Origin: Microgenomates group bacterium
GTDB taxonomy: Bacteria; Patescibacteriota; Microgenomatia; UBA1400; MFAQ01
Direction: 5' to 3'
Assembly: GCA_049303575.1 (NCBI GenBank)
Contig: JBAQNH010000002.1
Coordinates: forward strand, 11,264-75,263
Length of the DNA stretch: 64,000 nucleotides
This document shows, one piece after another, positions 63,646 to 64,000 of this stretch (position 1 is the first letter of the stretch; every line of letters begins with the position of its first letter). The position numbers and the translations under genes were made by a program. The notes under the pieces are model-generated. The model ran no database searches, was not told the origin of the DNA, and worked only from the letters and a program-made list of their open reading frames with translations.

Positions 63646-64000
63646 CTAAAGTTTACTTCTATTCTCTATTTCCTCATCCACCTCACTGACATCCCTGCCG
63701 TACTTCAATCTGGATAATTCCTTAATCATTCTGGACACTTCGGGACTTCCTTGAGCTTTTTCTGCCTTAATATCTCTTTCTACATTCATCGAGAAAGAAG
63801 GAACTGGAGTTTCGTTGACAATTGTTTTAGTGTAGATCACCCGAGCAGGAACATTAGTTAAATCCGTTTCATTAAAAGTTGGCTCAAACTCTTTGGCCAA
63901 AATTGCCGCATCCTGCATACCCACACGGTAAGACATCAGCGTACCTACATTTCCAAAGATAGCGTCGCGGACTTGTTCATCCAGCTGGCTTACAAACTGA
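63646..64000 (-). CDS. Hypothetical protein, partial (reading frame stays open to the window edge upstream of the annotated Met)
   Basis: ORF 63646-63936 in track; own translation of 63937-64000 (rc) continues in frame with no stop: ..QFVSQLDEQVRDAIFGNVGTLMSYRVGMQDAAILAKEF... Confidence 0.4.
   Translation of the reverse strand, partial: QFVSQLDEQVRDAIFGNVGTLMSYRVGMQDAAILAKEFEPTFNETDLTNVPARVIYTKTIVNETPVPSFSMNVERDIKAEKAQGSPEVSRMIKELSRLKYGRDVSEVDEEIENRSKL

Overview
This 64 kb window is a gene-dense, mostly minus-strand stretch of a small bacterial genome. The content suggests Patescibacteria/CPR, inferred from features only with no database search: a 16S rRNA split by four group I introns with LAGLIDADG homing-endonuclease ORFs, an unlinked rRNA operon, short aminoacyl-tRNA synthetases, type IV pilin, and phage-tail-fibre-like surface proteins.

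Main features:
- A 16S rRNA gene (about 3606-7980, minus strand) carries four related group I introns, three with LAGLIDADG homing-endonuclease ORFs and one ORF-less. It is followed by a small membrane ORF and tRNA-Ile(GAT), with no 23S.
- Nine aminoacyl-tRNA synthetase genes (leuS, aspS/asnS, glyS, hisS, tyrS, thrS, lysS, argS, trpS) are present, along with mnmA, dus, pth, ftsH, recF, mutM, murB, a RelA/SpoT homologue, trxA/trxB, an ATP-dependent DNA ligase, a standalone 5'-3' exonuclease, and a Xer-type tyrosine recombinase.
- Three type II toxin-antitoxin pairs and one orphan antitoxin-like gene.
- An operon of three ATP-grasp (RimK-like) amidoligases, one fused to a retropepsin-like peptidase domain, plus a 7TM membrane protein. 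This matches a predicted but uncharacterised peptide-ligation/peptide-tagging system.
- A plus-strand island of secreted proteins, including a 778-aa tail-fibre-like protein with a C-terminal intramolecular-chaperone (peptidase S74-like) autoprocessing domain and a glycine-rich protein.

Notable hunt results:
- A fifth, ORF-less copy of the rRNA intron family lies in plus orientation at 61616-61800 behind a good sigma70-like promoter. Its flanks can be folded into a tRNA-like molecule whose anticodon loop (CU|CAUAA) is restored only after intron removal, so this may be an intron-split tRNA(CAU) gene.
- A canonical tRNA-Ile with a UAU anticodon.
- A DsbA-like thioredoxin-fold protein whose two halves appear circularly permuted.
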